Source: Gammaproteobacteria bacterium (GTDB taxonomy: Bacteria; Pseudomonadota; Gammaproteobacteria; Pseudomonadales; Azotimanducaceae). Taken from it: a stretch of DNA of 64,000 nucleotides. Where the stretch lies: positions 2,978,455 to 3,042,454 of the forward strand of contig CP121329.1 of NCBI GenBank assembly GCA_048571035.1, given 5' to 3'. Below, piece by piece: positions 20,806 through 29,581 of this stretch. The translations under genes and the position numbers were made by a program. A model generated the notes under the pieces. That model had not been told where the DNA came from and searched no databases. It saw only the letters and a program-made list of their open reading frames with translations. The stretch's first letter is position 1; every line of letters starts with the position of its first letter.

Positions 20806-21228
20806 TTACTGCTGCATGGTTTCCAGATGGTCAACTAACGCGTTAATTCTTGCTCGAGTTTGTTGAACAGGGTCGCGTTTATCGTTGTCTGCATGACTGA
20901 ACTTCCAGCCCCAAACAGGCATTTCACTCGACCCGTGTACCGCGCGCATATCCCGTCCATCGATCTGTCGCATAACGGCCATGCGTGGAAACACGCCGTT
21001 ATTCATGGCGCTCAAGGTGCGTAGGTCTGATGGAGTACTGTTCAGATGCGGAAGCATAGGGCCATTACCTGCGCCACTCTGACCATGGCACGACGCGCAA
21101 TTCTCTCGATACAGCCTGGCGCCATCAAAGTTGGGGTTGGGATCACCTGCCTGGGGTGCAAGGCATCCGGTTAAGCCGATAAGCAGTGCAACTGACAATA
21201 TCCAAACCGTCGTGATGCGCTTTTCCAT
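20806..21228 (-). CDS. c-type cytochrome lipoprotein
   Basis: CASCH heme motif, SEMPVWG Met ligand, LTGC lipobox; start placed at MEKRITT. Confidence 0.85.
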   Translation of the reverse strand: MEKRITTVWILSVALLIGLTGCLAPQAGDPNPNFDGARLYRENCASCHGQSGAGNGPMLPHLNSTPSDLRTLSAMNNGVFPRMAVMRQIDGRDMRAVHGSSEMPVWGWKFSHADNDKRDPVQQTRARINALVDHLETMQQ

Positions 21229-21278
21229 AGTAATTCCCTTAATGTTTGTGTTGCCGTGCATGGGCGAGTGCGACAAGC

Positions 21279-21807
21279 TCAGGGGCGTTTGTCGAGCAGC
21301 TTTTCGATACGCTCCAGCGTGGCCAGTATTTGAAGTTGAGTTTTGTCTTCGGCGGTTGTTGCGAGAGGCGTGTCTGTGTGCACCGTTTTGCGCAATCTAT
21401 CGCGTTGTTGGAGCACCTGGTCTCTGAACGACTCTGCGTTGATGATTCCTAACAATTTGACCAACGGACCCGTGGAGGATTGCCCCGCAGTTTCGACCGA
21501 AAGCTGTTTAATGCCCAGGTAACGCATCAATGGCCCTTCAACGATACCCAGATCGGTAATCTGCTCAAGAGGTACATTTTTTTGCGCACCTTGAGAAATT
21601 TCTCTCGGTCATCTCGCAGGACAGCGAGTTGTAGTACTTGTTAATCAGCCAGACAACGACTGGAATCAGCAAGATACCAAATAGCGTTATGAAAAGAACA
21701 AAAAGAAGTTGCAGCAGCATGTAGGTCTTTATCTTTGGATCGAAACTGCCGCTGAGGAGTATGACGTCGCCGGATGAAGATCCTGTATTCTGTTCGTTAT
21801 CGTGCAT
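21279..21807 (-). pseudogene. Bacterial PH-domain (bPH_2) membrane protein, disrupted
   Basis: N-terminal TM part (21565-21807) and NVPLEQITDLGIVEGPLMRYLGIKQLSVETAG part are in different frames. Confidence 0.75.
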
Positions 21808-21848
21808 AACGGGATATTAGTGAATAGGTAAGCGCTTGGCCAGAATCC

Positions 21849-22316
21849 TTAAGATCGATCCAAGCGAAACACAGCAATAGACCCTTGCGCTTCATCAATG
21901 GACGGAAAGCCGTTCACTATTTCTGGATAGTCGGGACGGTATTTGTCTACATACGCGGTAAGTACAGGCTCCCAGTCCTCGGTTAGCGGTGTTGCATAGA
22001 GCGCATAGGTATTGTCGCCTAAGCGCATCTCCACGGGGCTTCCCTGACCGATCATTTTCACCCAACCACTGTCCGTTGCGCCAACAACATGCAGCTCCCC
22101 GCCATGTTGAATAACCCAGATAATCACAACTCGCGGCAGAGTTCCTGGTACACGAAGTTTGATCTCGTCAATGTTAGCCGTTTCCATCCACTGATCTGGG
22201 GCGGGGACCTCCTTTCCTCCGATGAAAAACCCTGGCATGGGTCCAACCGGGGCTACTATTACAAGAATGGCGGCTATCAACAGTATGGCGATCAAGATGT
22301 ATTTGACTATTTTCAT
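21849..22316 (-). CDS. Hypothetical protein with N-terminal signal/anchor (possibly split-barrel fold)
   Basis: 155 aa ORF with hydrophobic N-terminus, SD (GGAACA) and compact gene spacing. Confidence 0.6.
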   Translation of the reverse strand: MKIVKYILIAILLIAAILVIVAPVGPMPGFFIGGKEVPAPDQWMETANIDEIKLRVPGTLPRVVIIWVIQHGGELHVVGATDSGWVKMIGQGSPVEMRLGDNTYALYATPLTEDWEPVLTAYVDKYRPDYPEIVNGFPSIDEAQGSIAVFRLDRS

Positions 22317-22403
22317 GATGTGTTCCTTTTGCCATCGGCGATAGTGTTGTCAGCTTTAGAGTAGACACGATACATTGCGCAATAACTAGAGAGGTTTTCA
22401 TTT

Positions 22404-22991
22404 ATGGAATCTATTTGGCCGACGATCGGCAGTTGGCTCCTAGTCAATGGGTTGCAGCTTGCTACAACTGCCGCTGTGATCGTTGCCTATGTCTTACTGG
22501 ATCGATTCGGCGCACCAAGACTTGCCGCTGGAGCAGACCGTAGTGACTTCAAACCCGATACTGGCGTGAAAGCGATTCGAGTTGCGCGATTTCTAACCGG
22601 ACTTGTGGGGTGTCTGCTGCTGATTGTTGTGTGGGGAGTCGATCTGACCTCCATGCTGGTCTTCTCTGTGACTTCAATTACATTTCTGGGTGTGGCTCTA
22701 TTTGCGAGCTGGTCGATGCTGTCGAACGTCACAGCTTACTTCGTGTTGCTGTTGCAGCCTTCGTTCAAGCATGGAAATTTCATCCGGGTAGTGAGCGCAG
22801 ACAACTACATAGAAGGCTATATTGCCGAACTGAACTTTTTTAACACCAAGCTGATGACGGAAGATAAGGAGATAGTGATCTACCCTAACAATCTTTTATT
22901 GGCGACTCCGGTATTGGTAAACCCGGAAGGACGCCTGGCGGGGATGGGTAAGTTAGTCGCGCCCGCTCCCCAAGCAAAAATGCCGGAATGA
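22404..22991 (+). CDS. Short MscS-family mechanosensitive channel
   Basis: GVALFASWSMLSNVTA, FKHGNFIRV, IYPNNLL. Confidence 0.85.
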   Translation: MESIWPTIGSWLLVNGLQLATTAAVIVAYVLLDRFGAPRLAAGADRSDFKPDTGVKAIRVARFLTGLVGCLLLIVVWGVDLTSMLVFSVTSITFLGVALFASWSMLSNVTAYFVLLLQPSFKHGNFIRVVSADNYIEGYIAELNFFNTKLMTEDKEIVIYPNNLLLATPVLVNPEGRLAGMGKLVAPAPQAKMPE

Positions 22992-23049
22992 AACTTCAAA
23001 CCTAAAAACCTGGTGACTTTTGCCAGAAATGAAAACTGAGGATAATGAC

Positions 23050-23541
23050 ATGACCGCTATTGATGATTTTCTAGCCAACAATGCTGCTTACGCTGATACC
23101 TTTGGAAAAGGCTCATTACCCATGCCACCTGCAAAGCAGATTGCAGCAGTGGTGTGTATGGATGCGCGAATGGAGACGGGTGCGATGCTGGGTCTCTCGG
23201 AAGGCGATGCACACGTGATCCGCAATGCGGGGGGTGTCGTCACTGACGATGTCATTCGCTCTTTGACTATTTCACAGCGACTGCTGGGTACCCGGGAGAT
23301 CATGCTTATTCACCATACTGATTGCGGCATGCTCACTTTCAAAGATGCTGACCTCAAGCAGGCAATTTTCGACGACATTGGCCTGAAGCCGCCTTTTGCC
23401 ATGGAAGCATTTGAGGACGTTGATGCTGATGTGCGCCAGTCTTTAGCCAGGGTAAAAGCCAGTCCGTACATTCCGCACAAAGATCAGGTGCGCGGTTTTG
23501 TCTTCGAAGTAGAGAGTGGACAGCTCAGAGAAGTGACTTAG
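23050..23541 (+). CDS. Beta-class carbonic anhydrase
   Basis: CMDAR, RNAGG, HHTDCG zinc ligands; start placed at MTAIDD. Confidence 0.92.
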   Translation: MTAIDDFLANNAAYADTFGKGSLPMPPAKQIAAVVCMDARMETGAMLGLSEGDAHVIRNAGGVVTDDVIRSLTISQRLLGTREIMLIHHTDCGMLTFKDADLKQAIFDDIGLKPPFAMEAFEDVDADVRQSLARVKASPYIPHKDQVRGFVFEVESGQLREVT

Positions 23542-24838
23542 ACGCATTGTTATCGAGAAGCACAACAGGCGCGAACCCTCCGCCTGGCGTGCGAAAATTT
23601 GTGGTCTGCCCCTGGTAGACCCTTGCCGCAAGAAGCTGTATCTCGCCGTTGTACGTGAACGCTCGGACATCATACTTAAGCGCCTTACCTGAAGCGTCTA
23701 TCCAGCGGGAAGGCGTCTGCACCATATCCTGTGCAATGTAACTGCCATCTCTGAGACCCAATATTTCATTCCAAACTCGTCGTGTCAGCTTCGCACCGCG
23801 ATAAGCGCCGCGGCCCGCAAAGCCATCTGCAGGTTTGAAAAATAACCCCTTTCGATTCAGCCAGAGGTCAGCGCTGTTATCTGCAGTGACTAACCATGTT
23901 CGCGGTATCGTGTTGAGAACAGCGTTCGCTTTGTCAGACAGACCTTTGCGCAGCAGATGCTGTTGGGCAGATAACAGCGCCAGATTGCGTTTGTCAGCAT
24001 ACTGAGCGTGGTGCGCCGGTGATGGGCTGACAACCACCGCGTCAGACAACCATGCGTCGCGTAATAATCTGTTAGCAGGATCAGCAAAATAGAAGTCGGT
24101 GAGGCGATTGTAAACCAGGCCAATGGCGGCTCCCTGGAGTGTTAACTGGTCGTTGTGAATATTCAGTTCTTCTGGGTCCGCGACATATACCTTTATGCCG
24201 TAATCCTCAAAATATTGTCGCGCGAGGACAAAGTCCGGGTGCAAGAACTGTGTCTGAGGTGCCTCATCAACGATGGCTAGTGTTCGAGGAATACCACTCC
24301 GACCTGCATGGTGCCATTCTTTGATCAGCATATTGAACATCCACGCAGGATCTGCGTGGCCGCCCCACTTGCCACCGCAGAAAGGCATATCAGATAAGCT
24401 GTTGTAGAGGTTATGAACGATAAATGCGCCGCCGGCGTTGGTGTTGATTTCTATGAGTCGTGGGCCCTCACGGGTCATATGAAAGTCGTATCCCATGAAC
24501 AGGCCGGGCGTAAATTCGCCTCGGCAAACTTTCTTCGAAATCGCCTTGTGCTGGTCGTTAGAGCGCAGGTGGATAATTTCTTCAAACTGAGGGGTACGGA
24601 AAACTCGCTCAATACTGCCAATCAGTTCCTGCATGTCTGATAAATCTGCCGGGCATAAAAACACCGGAGATCCGGCAAACATAACCGGGCGCTGTGCCAA
24701 TGAAGTTTGCAGTTCGAGGGACGCGCCAGCGATGCTCTCTGCCACTTTGTTGGAATCGATAGGCATGCAGGCGCATGTTTCATTCAGATGCTCAATACGC
24801 TCTGCGCCGTCAGGCTTGCATTGGGCGGCACAGCTCAT
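23525..24838 (-). CDS. Uncharacterised ATP-grasp ligase (glutathione synthetase/GspS-like, circularly permuted type)
   Basis: GYDFHMTREGPRLIEINTNAGG, FFKPADGFAGRG, YIAQDMV, KYDVR, TTNFRTPGGGFAPV; ATG overlaps the ArsR TGA. Confidence 0.75.
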   Translation of the reverse strand: MSCAAQCKPDGAERIEHLNETCACMPIDSNKVAESIAGASLELQTSLAQRPVMFAGSPVFLCPADLSDMQELIGSIERVFRTPQFEEIIHLRSNDQHKAISKKVCRGEFTPGLFMGYDFHMTREGPRLIEINTNAGGAFIVHNLYNSLSDMPFCGGKWGGHADPAWMFNMLIKEWHHAGRSGIPRTLAIVDEAPQTQFLHPDFVLARQYFEDYGIKVYVADPEELNIHNDQLTLQGAAIGLVYNRLTDFYFADPANRLLRDAWLSDAVVVSPSPAHHAQYADKRNLALLSAQQHLLRKGLSDKANAVLNTIPRTWLVTADNSADLWLNRKGLFFKPADGFAGRGAYRGAKLTRRVWNEILGLRDGSYIAQDMVQTPSRWIDASGKALKYDVRAFTYNGEIQLLAARVYQGQTTNFRTPGGGFAPVVLLDNNASKSLL

Positions 24839-25158
24839 TGCAATGCATCTTTGAGGGGTTGGCAGATCTGTGGGTGAGAACAGCAACAGTCTTCCATGAG
24901 GAATCCGAGGAGTCCTGTCATTTTATTGTAGTTCGCGGAGTAGATTATTTGCCTGCCCCTGCGTTCAGACTGCACCAAACCCGCGTTTTTCAACACTAAC
25001 AGTTGAGCAGATGCGGTTGTGGGTCCAATTTCAGCCTGCGTGGCCAGATCACCTGCGTTCATACCGTCTGGACCAGCTTGAATTAGCCAGCGCACCAATG
25101 TCAGGCGGCCTTCATGTGCCAGCGCGCTCAAAGTATCAACAGCGTTATCTATATTCAT
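24835..25158 (-). CDS. arsR: ArsR/SmtB repressor with C-terminal cysteine cluster
   Basis: LSALAHEGRLTLVRWLI, SAQLLVLKNAGLV, YSANY, EDCCCSHPQIC. Confidence 0.88.
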   Translation of the reverse strand: MNIDNAVDTLSALAHEGRLTLVRWLIQAGPDGMNAGDLATQAEIGPTTASAQLLVLKNAGLVQSERRGRQIIYSANYNKMTGLLGFLMEDCCCSHPQICQPLKDALQ

Positions 25159-25188
25159 ATTTCATTAATACATGGAATGATGAAATAT
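25157..25188 (-). promoter_or_regulatory. Probable ArsR operator
   Basis: Perfect 9-bp inverted repeat ATATTTCAT-N14-ATGAAATAT abutting the arsR start codon. Confidence 0.6.
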
Positions 25189-25285
25189 AGCAAGGTAAGC
25201 CCGCAATCGCGCCCGTATTCGGTTTTGTGGCGAGTGATAAACTCATCGAATAATAGCCATCCGTCCCAACAGGAAAGAGAACGCC

Positions 25286-25669
25286 ATGCGCGAATTGGAA
25301 ACGAACAAATCAAACGCTCAAGCTTTCTATGACTTGATGTTCAATGAATGCAAGCCTCGTGAAGCCATCGAATATTTTGTAGGCGAAGAATACATACAAC
25401 ATAATCCTGAAGTGGCGGATGGCAAAGAAGGGTTCATAGCGTATTTCGAGCGGATGGCAGTTGAGTACCCTGGCAAAAAGGTTTACTTCAAACGAGCGAT
25501 CGCGGAAGCCGATCTGGTTGTTTTACATTGCCACCAGGTTTGGCCTGGAGATCGGAACTATGCGGGGATTGATATTTTTCGCTTTGATAGTGACGGCAAG
25601 ATTGTCGAGCACTGGGATGTTCTCCAGGTTGTTACGATCGAATCGAAGAACGACAACGGACTGTTTTAG
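25286..25669 (+). CDS. SnoaL-like/NTF2 family protein
   Basis: YIQHNPEVADGKEG, DIFRFDSDGKIVEHWDV. Confidence 0.9.
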   Translation: MRELETNKSNAQAFYDLMFNECKPREAIEYFVGEEYIQHNPEVADGKEGFIAYFERMAVEYPGKKVYFKRAIAEADLVVLHCHQVWPGDRNYAGIDIFRFDSDGKIVEHWDVLQVVTIESKNDNGLF

Positions 25670-25803
25670 ATAGCCAAATCACCGGCTCTGGTGTGGGCAG
25701 CCTTAGTCGTAATGCAGAGCGCCTGCGTTGTCTACTGACACCATGTTGTCAGGAGCCCTGTGTAATAGTTGGGTAATACTCGAGACTATTAGGGGATTGC
25801 AAA

Positions 25804-26400
25804 GTGAAACACTATTACCATCCAATGAGCCGGGCGGTGACTACCCACTGGATGCTCACAGAACTTGATGCCGAACATGAGCAGATTGTTATCGATTTCC
25901 ATGCTGGTGAAAACAACACACCGGAATATCGTGCGATAAATCCGATGGGCAAGATCCCTGCATTGGTAGACGAAGACGTAGTGATTACGGAAACCGCAGC
26001 AATTTGCGCATACCTGGCTGACAAGTTTGCAGGCAATGGAATGGCGCCAGATGTGGGTACATACCAACGCGGCAGTTATTATCGATACTTGTTCTACCCC
26101 GGTACTACCCTGGAGCCTATGTTTACCTTCAACCAACTGGAAGTTGAAAACCTCTCGCCCCAGTCAACCGGATGGGGTGATCTTGAACGATGCCTGCAGA
26201 CCATTGAACAGATGACGCCAGAAGCTGATTGGGCGTTGGGTCCGCAATTCACCGCTGCAGATGTTGTATTTGGAGGGACATTAGACTTCGCTGTTCAATT
26301 TGGATGGTTGAAGACACCGAGTCCGAAGGTCGCATCTTATGTTGGGCGTATCAAAAAGAGGGATGCGTACCGCCTGAGTCATGACGAATCGTGGCACTAA
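25804..26400 (+). CDS. Glutathione S-transferase family protein
   Basis: PMSRA, INPMGKIPAL, TETAAICAYL, FTAADV. Confidence 0.9.
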   Translation: MKHYYHPMSRAVTTHWMLTELDAEHEQIVIDFHAGENNTPEYRAINPMGKIPALVDEDVVITETAAICAYLADKFAGNGMAPDVGTYQRGSYYRYLFYPGTTLEPMFTFNQLEVENLSPQSTGWGDLERCLQTIEQMTPEADWALGPQFTAADVVFGGTLDFAVQFGWLKTPSPKVASYVGRIKKRDAYRLSHDESWH

Positions 26401-26482
26401 CAGTTAGCGTGAGATGCTGAGATAGCTGATACGTATTTTCACTAATCACGAGTGTGATGTACGAAGTATTAGACTGGCTGAC

Positions 26483-27166
26483 ATGTTTGAGGAGTTTGCG
26501 CCATCTCTTTACGTAGCCGACGGGCCGGATGTGTCTTTTTATGGTTTTCCGTACCCTACGCGCATGGCTGTGGTCAAACTCTCGGATGGTAGTACCTGGG
26601 TATGGTCGCCTGTGGCGTTAACTGAAGAACTCTTCAAATTTGTAAACGATCTCGGGCCGGTGCGTCACATTGTCTCTCCGAATAAAATTCATCACCTTTT
26701 CCTCGCCGAATGGGCCAATCGGTCACCACAAGCTCGCATGTATGCGCCGCCTGGTCTCGCGAAAAGGCGGCCAGATCTGCGTTTTGACGCGGAACTCGGA
26801 GATGAGCCCGACGCGGCATGGGCGGCCGATATTGACCAGGTAATTTTTCGAGGCTCACTGGCAATGGAGGAAGTTGTGTTCTTCCACCGCGAGTCGCGTA
26901 CAGCGATAGTCTGTGATCTCATCCAGCGCCATCCGGAATCAGCGATGACAGGCTGGAAAGGCATGCTGATGAAATTGGATAACCTCGTCGGTGAACATGG
27001 CAGTACGCCGCGTGAATGGCGAGCCAGTTTCCTGCGCCGTAGCAAAGCTCGGTCAGCGCGTGCAAAGGTGCTGGGCTGGAATCCCGAACGCTTGTTGATT
27101 GCTCATGGCGAATGCGTAAAAACTAATGCGTCTACGATAGTTAAGGAGGCATTGAGTTGGATGTAA
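26483..27166 (+). CDS. DUF4336 family protein (metallo-beta-lactamase-like)
   Basis: YPTRMAVVKL, IVSPNKIHHLF, EEVVFFH, LIAHG. Confidence 0.85.
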   Translation: MFEEFAPSLYVADGPDVSFYGFPYPTRMAVVKLSDGSTWVWSPVALTEELFKFVNDLGPVRHIVSPNKIHHLFLAEWANRSPQARMYAPPGLAKRRPDLRFDAELGDEPDAAWAADIDQVIFRGSLAMEEVVFFHRESRTAIVCDLIQRHPESAMTGWKGMLMKLDNLVGEHGSTPREWRASFLRRSKARSARAKVLGWNPERLLIAHGECVKTNASTIVKEALSWM

Positions 27167-27184
27167 GGGGCTGCCAGTGGACAT

Positions 27185-27224
27185 AAGAGTCTAATTCGAA
27201 TAGTTGGTGATCAGAGACAGAATC
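27185..27224 (-). repeat. Distal att-like copy of the tRNA-Phe 3' end plus flank
   Basis: 34/40 identical to 34739-34778, sharing the core CAGAGACAGAATC. Confidence 0.85.
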
Positions 27225-27284
27225 AGCCGCCAATTTTTGCATAGGCTATACTGCGTTCTTCGTGTGCACTAAAAAGGGGAGATC

Positions 27285-28040
27285 ATGCGGTTTATCGCGC
27301 GATTGGTGCTTATGATCGGAGTGTTTTCCCCGGCTTGGGGAGAACTACCCGCCGAAAAACGGGTGTTGATAGTTGTGTCAAATGTCATTGATATGGGTGA
27401 TGCCGAAGCTCACGATGCCCGCAATAACCTCTGGGAGGTGGCTCCTCCATATCATGTCTTTCTCGCCCACGGCTACGAGGTCGACTTCGTTTCACCGAAA
27501 GGCGGCGCTGTTCAGTTTTCGATGGACCCTGTCGGCATCAGTAGCTACACAATAAAATACGAAGGATTCGCGGATCGAGCGAGCGCCTCACTCGGACCGT
27601 CCAAAGTAGATTCGAGCAAATACAGTGCCGTATTTATCGGCGGTGGGTACGGACCGCTATTTGACGTGGCATCAGACCCGGCACTTCTATCTTTGATTGC
27701 TGCGATCTATGAGGCTGGCGGTGTCGTAGGAGGTTGTGGTCACGGGCCGGGCGCTTTTGCAAACGTGGTTCTGAGCGATGGTCGCTTCATGGTGGCCGGA
27801 AAAAAAGTAGCGGGGTTTCCAAACTCCACAGAAAGATCGAAGTCTTGGGCCAAGCAAGGCGAGCTGTTGCCATTTCTAGTTGAAGATCAGCTGCGTAAAA
27901 ATGGCGCTAAGGTTATCAACAAAGAAAATATTGCGGACAAGACTGATGTCATCATTGATCAGCGAATCGTGTCCACAATGTTCCTGCCATCCGCGACCTG
28001 GGTCGCCAAGGAGATGATCAAGCTAATCGATGGCCATTGA
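27285..28040 (+). CDS. Secreted DJ-1/PfpI (type 1 glutamine amidotransferase-like) protein
   Basis: WEVAPPY, VDFVSPKGG, IGGGYGPLFD, GCGHGP; signal peptide. Confidence 0.85.
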   Translation: MRFIARLVLMIGVFSPAWGELPAEKRVLIVVSNVIDMGDAEAHDARNNLWEVAPPYHVFLAHGYEVDFVSPKGGAVQFSMDPVGISSYTIKYEGFADRASASLGPSKVDSSKYSAVFIGGGYGPLFDVASDPALLSLIAAIYEAGGVVGGCGHGPGAFANVVLSDGRFMVAGKKVAGFPNSTERSKSWAKQGELLPFLVEDQLRKNGAKVINKENIADKTDVIIDQRIVSTMFLPSATWVAKEMIKLIDGH

Positions 28041-28081
28041 TCTAGATGGTCCCATAACAAGTCACAAAAGACTGACTGGAT

Positions 28082-28154
28082 GTGTCCGCTTCTGGCCGAA
28101 AGCGGAATTAAATATAGCTCCTTATAACTTCCGCTTTCGACCCAAAACAGACTG
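28082..28154. repeat. Two-hairpin palindromic element, copy 1
   Basis: GTGTCCGCTTCTGGCCGAAAGCGGAA, spacer, ACTTCCGCTTTCGACCCAAAACAGAC. Confidence 0.85.
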
Positions 28155-28163
28155 ACGAGGAGC

Positions 28164-28667
28164 TTAGGTGTCAACTCCGTACCCTTTTAAAATTGAGCTT
28201 CTTTCAGCCGTATTAACCAGTACATCGACAAATTCTGTGAAATCAACTTCGTACAAATGGCGCCTTGATTCCCATAGCAGCTGACCAGAGGCGCTCGAGA
28301 AGTGAAGCCCCATATTTGCGACTAAGGGCTTCAGTTTGGCCTCATCGAGAAGACCTAGTTCAAATTGATGGTGGGCAGACTCTACCGACCTGAGAAGAAC
28401 GAGCATCCAGCTGTTGTATCGAAGCGTCTCAATCTCACTTAGCTCTCCGTTTGCTACACCCCTTTGGATGATCTCGATCAGTTCGGCGTCTCCCACCATT
28501 TGAAGCACAGCCTCATTTAAGCCGTTAGCAATGGAATCGAATGTCTGTCCTCGCACTGCCCGAGAATTTTCTCGCACCTGTATTCCCACATAGAAAAGTG
28601 ATGCCACAACTGCAATTGCTCCAGCTAACTCAGCAAACGCCCCTACCGCATCCCAATTCATATTCAT
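28164..28667 (-). CDS. Hypothetical membrane protein, MNW[DE]A-type family, paralog 1
   Basis: MNWDAVGAFAELAGAIAVVASLFYVGIQVREN; GGGGAG SD before ATG 28667. Confidence 0.75.
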   Translation of the reverse strand: MNMNWDAVGAFAELAGAIAVVASLFYVGIQVRENSRAVRGQTFDSIANGLNEAVLQMVGDAELIEIIQRGVANGELSEIETLRYNSWMLVLLRSVESAHHQFELGLLDEAKLKPLVANMGLHFSSASGQLLWESRRHLYEVDFTEFVDVLVNTAERSSILKGYGVDT

Positions 28668-28745
28668 GTATGTATCTCCCCTGTCGCCCAACGATGAATT
28701 AGACCAAAGTATGCAGCGAGTTCGACTTGCCTGCATCGAATCTTG

Positions 28746-28820
28746 ATGTCCGCAGTTGGCCGAAAGCGGAAGTAAATATCTACAGACGAAAAGGTCTGCT
28801 ATCGACCCGTACCCGACATT
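28746..28820. repeat. Two-hairpin palindromic element, copy 2
   Basis: ATGTCCGCAGTTGGCCGAAAGCGGAAGTAAATAT...GGTCTGCTATCGACCCGTACCCGACATT; 21/22 match to copy 1 over GGCCGAAAGCGGAAnTAAATAT. Confidence 0.85.
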
Positions 28821-28859
28821 TTGCATTAATGGCATACTCGCCAGAAAGTTGGAGAAATA

Positions 28860-29330
28860 GTGAACTGGGATGCATTAGGCGCCATCGGGGAGATTATTGG
28901 AGCTGGAGCTGTTGTTGCATCGCTCGTGTATTTGGCTGTTCAGATCAGAACCCAGAATAGAGAGACACGATTGAGTGCTATGCACGATCTATCGGTTGGA
29001 TTCCGGGAAGCGATCATTCCGTTTTCTGCGGAAGATATGTCCACCATTCTCGTGAAAGCGAACGAAGACTACGATTCTCTCTCTGACATTGAGGCCCAAA
29101 GGATCATTGTACTTATGGGGCAATTCTTTCGTGCATGGGAAGAAGCATTCATACAGCATCAGGAGGGACGATTAGATGAACGGCATTGGAACGCAATACT
29201 GAAGTACTACGTGAAGCTTCTAGGTGCACCTGCAATGCGAGTCGGTTGGGGGCTACGGAAAGCGTACATGGATGATGAGTTTGCTGCGTTTGTTGATAGC
29301 TTACCACTGGAAGAATACAAGACACGGTGA
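28860..29330 (+). CDS. Hypothetical membrane protein, MNW[DE]A-type family, paralog 2
   Basis: MNWDALGAIGEIIGAGAVVASLVYLAVQIR; GGAG SD before GTG. Confidence 0.78.
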   Translation: MNWDALGAIGEIIGAGAVVASLVYLAVQIRTQNRETRLSAMHDLSVGFREAIIPFSAEDMSTILVKANEDYDSLSDIEAQRIIVLMGQFFRAWEEAFIQHQEGRLDERHWNAILKYYVKLLGAPAMRVGWGLRKAYMDDEFAAFVDSLPLEEYKTR

Positions 29331-29460
29331 CAGCCGTTAGTTGCGCTAAAGAATGGTAGACGTTGTTGTCACTGAAAGTCTTGCTGACAGGATGGCTTGA
29401 TGCCGCAGTGGGCTGCCAACCGCCTGTTTTGAAGCCCTGCATCATCATGCTTGAAGACCA

Positions 29461-29530
29461 TTCCCGGGGAAGCGGTCACTCAGCCGAGCCGATTTCGTAC
29501 GACGGAAGACGACCCATTTCTACCGTTCGT
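29461..29530. repeat. Two-hairpin element, copy 3 (reverse orientation)
   Basis: AAGCGGTCACTCA (29470-29482) and CGACCCA (29510-29516) are shared with 30962-31006. Confidence 0.7.
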
Positions 29531-29581
29531 CGTTCCAGCTGTTTTGATATAGCCTTCCCCCTTCACCAGTGGAGGAAATCA

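Noticed and set aside
25761-25791. AATAGTTGG...GAGAC as a fourth att copy
   Set aside because: Matches only short fragments and lacks the 13-bp core; could be chance
26395-26409. CACTAAC-A-GTTAGCG after the GST stop, resembling attC R boxes
   Set aside because: Only 15 bp with no L boxes or central stem; no second example and no IntI
29363-29581. Long N-terminal extensions of ORFs 29363-30067 and 28164-28835
   Set aside because: They run through repeat elements; SD-preceded ATGs at 29582 and 28667 align with the paralog N-termini
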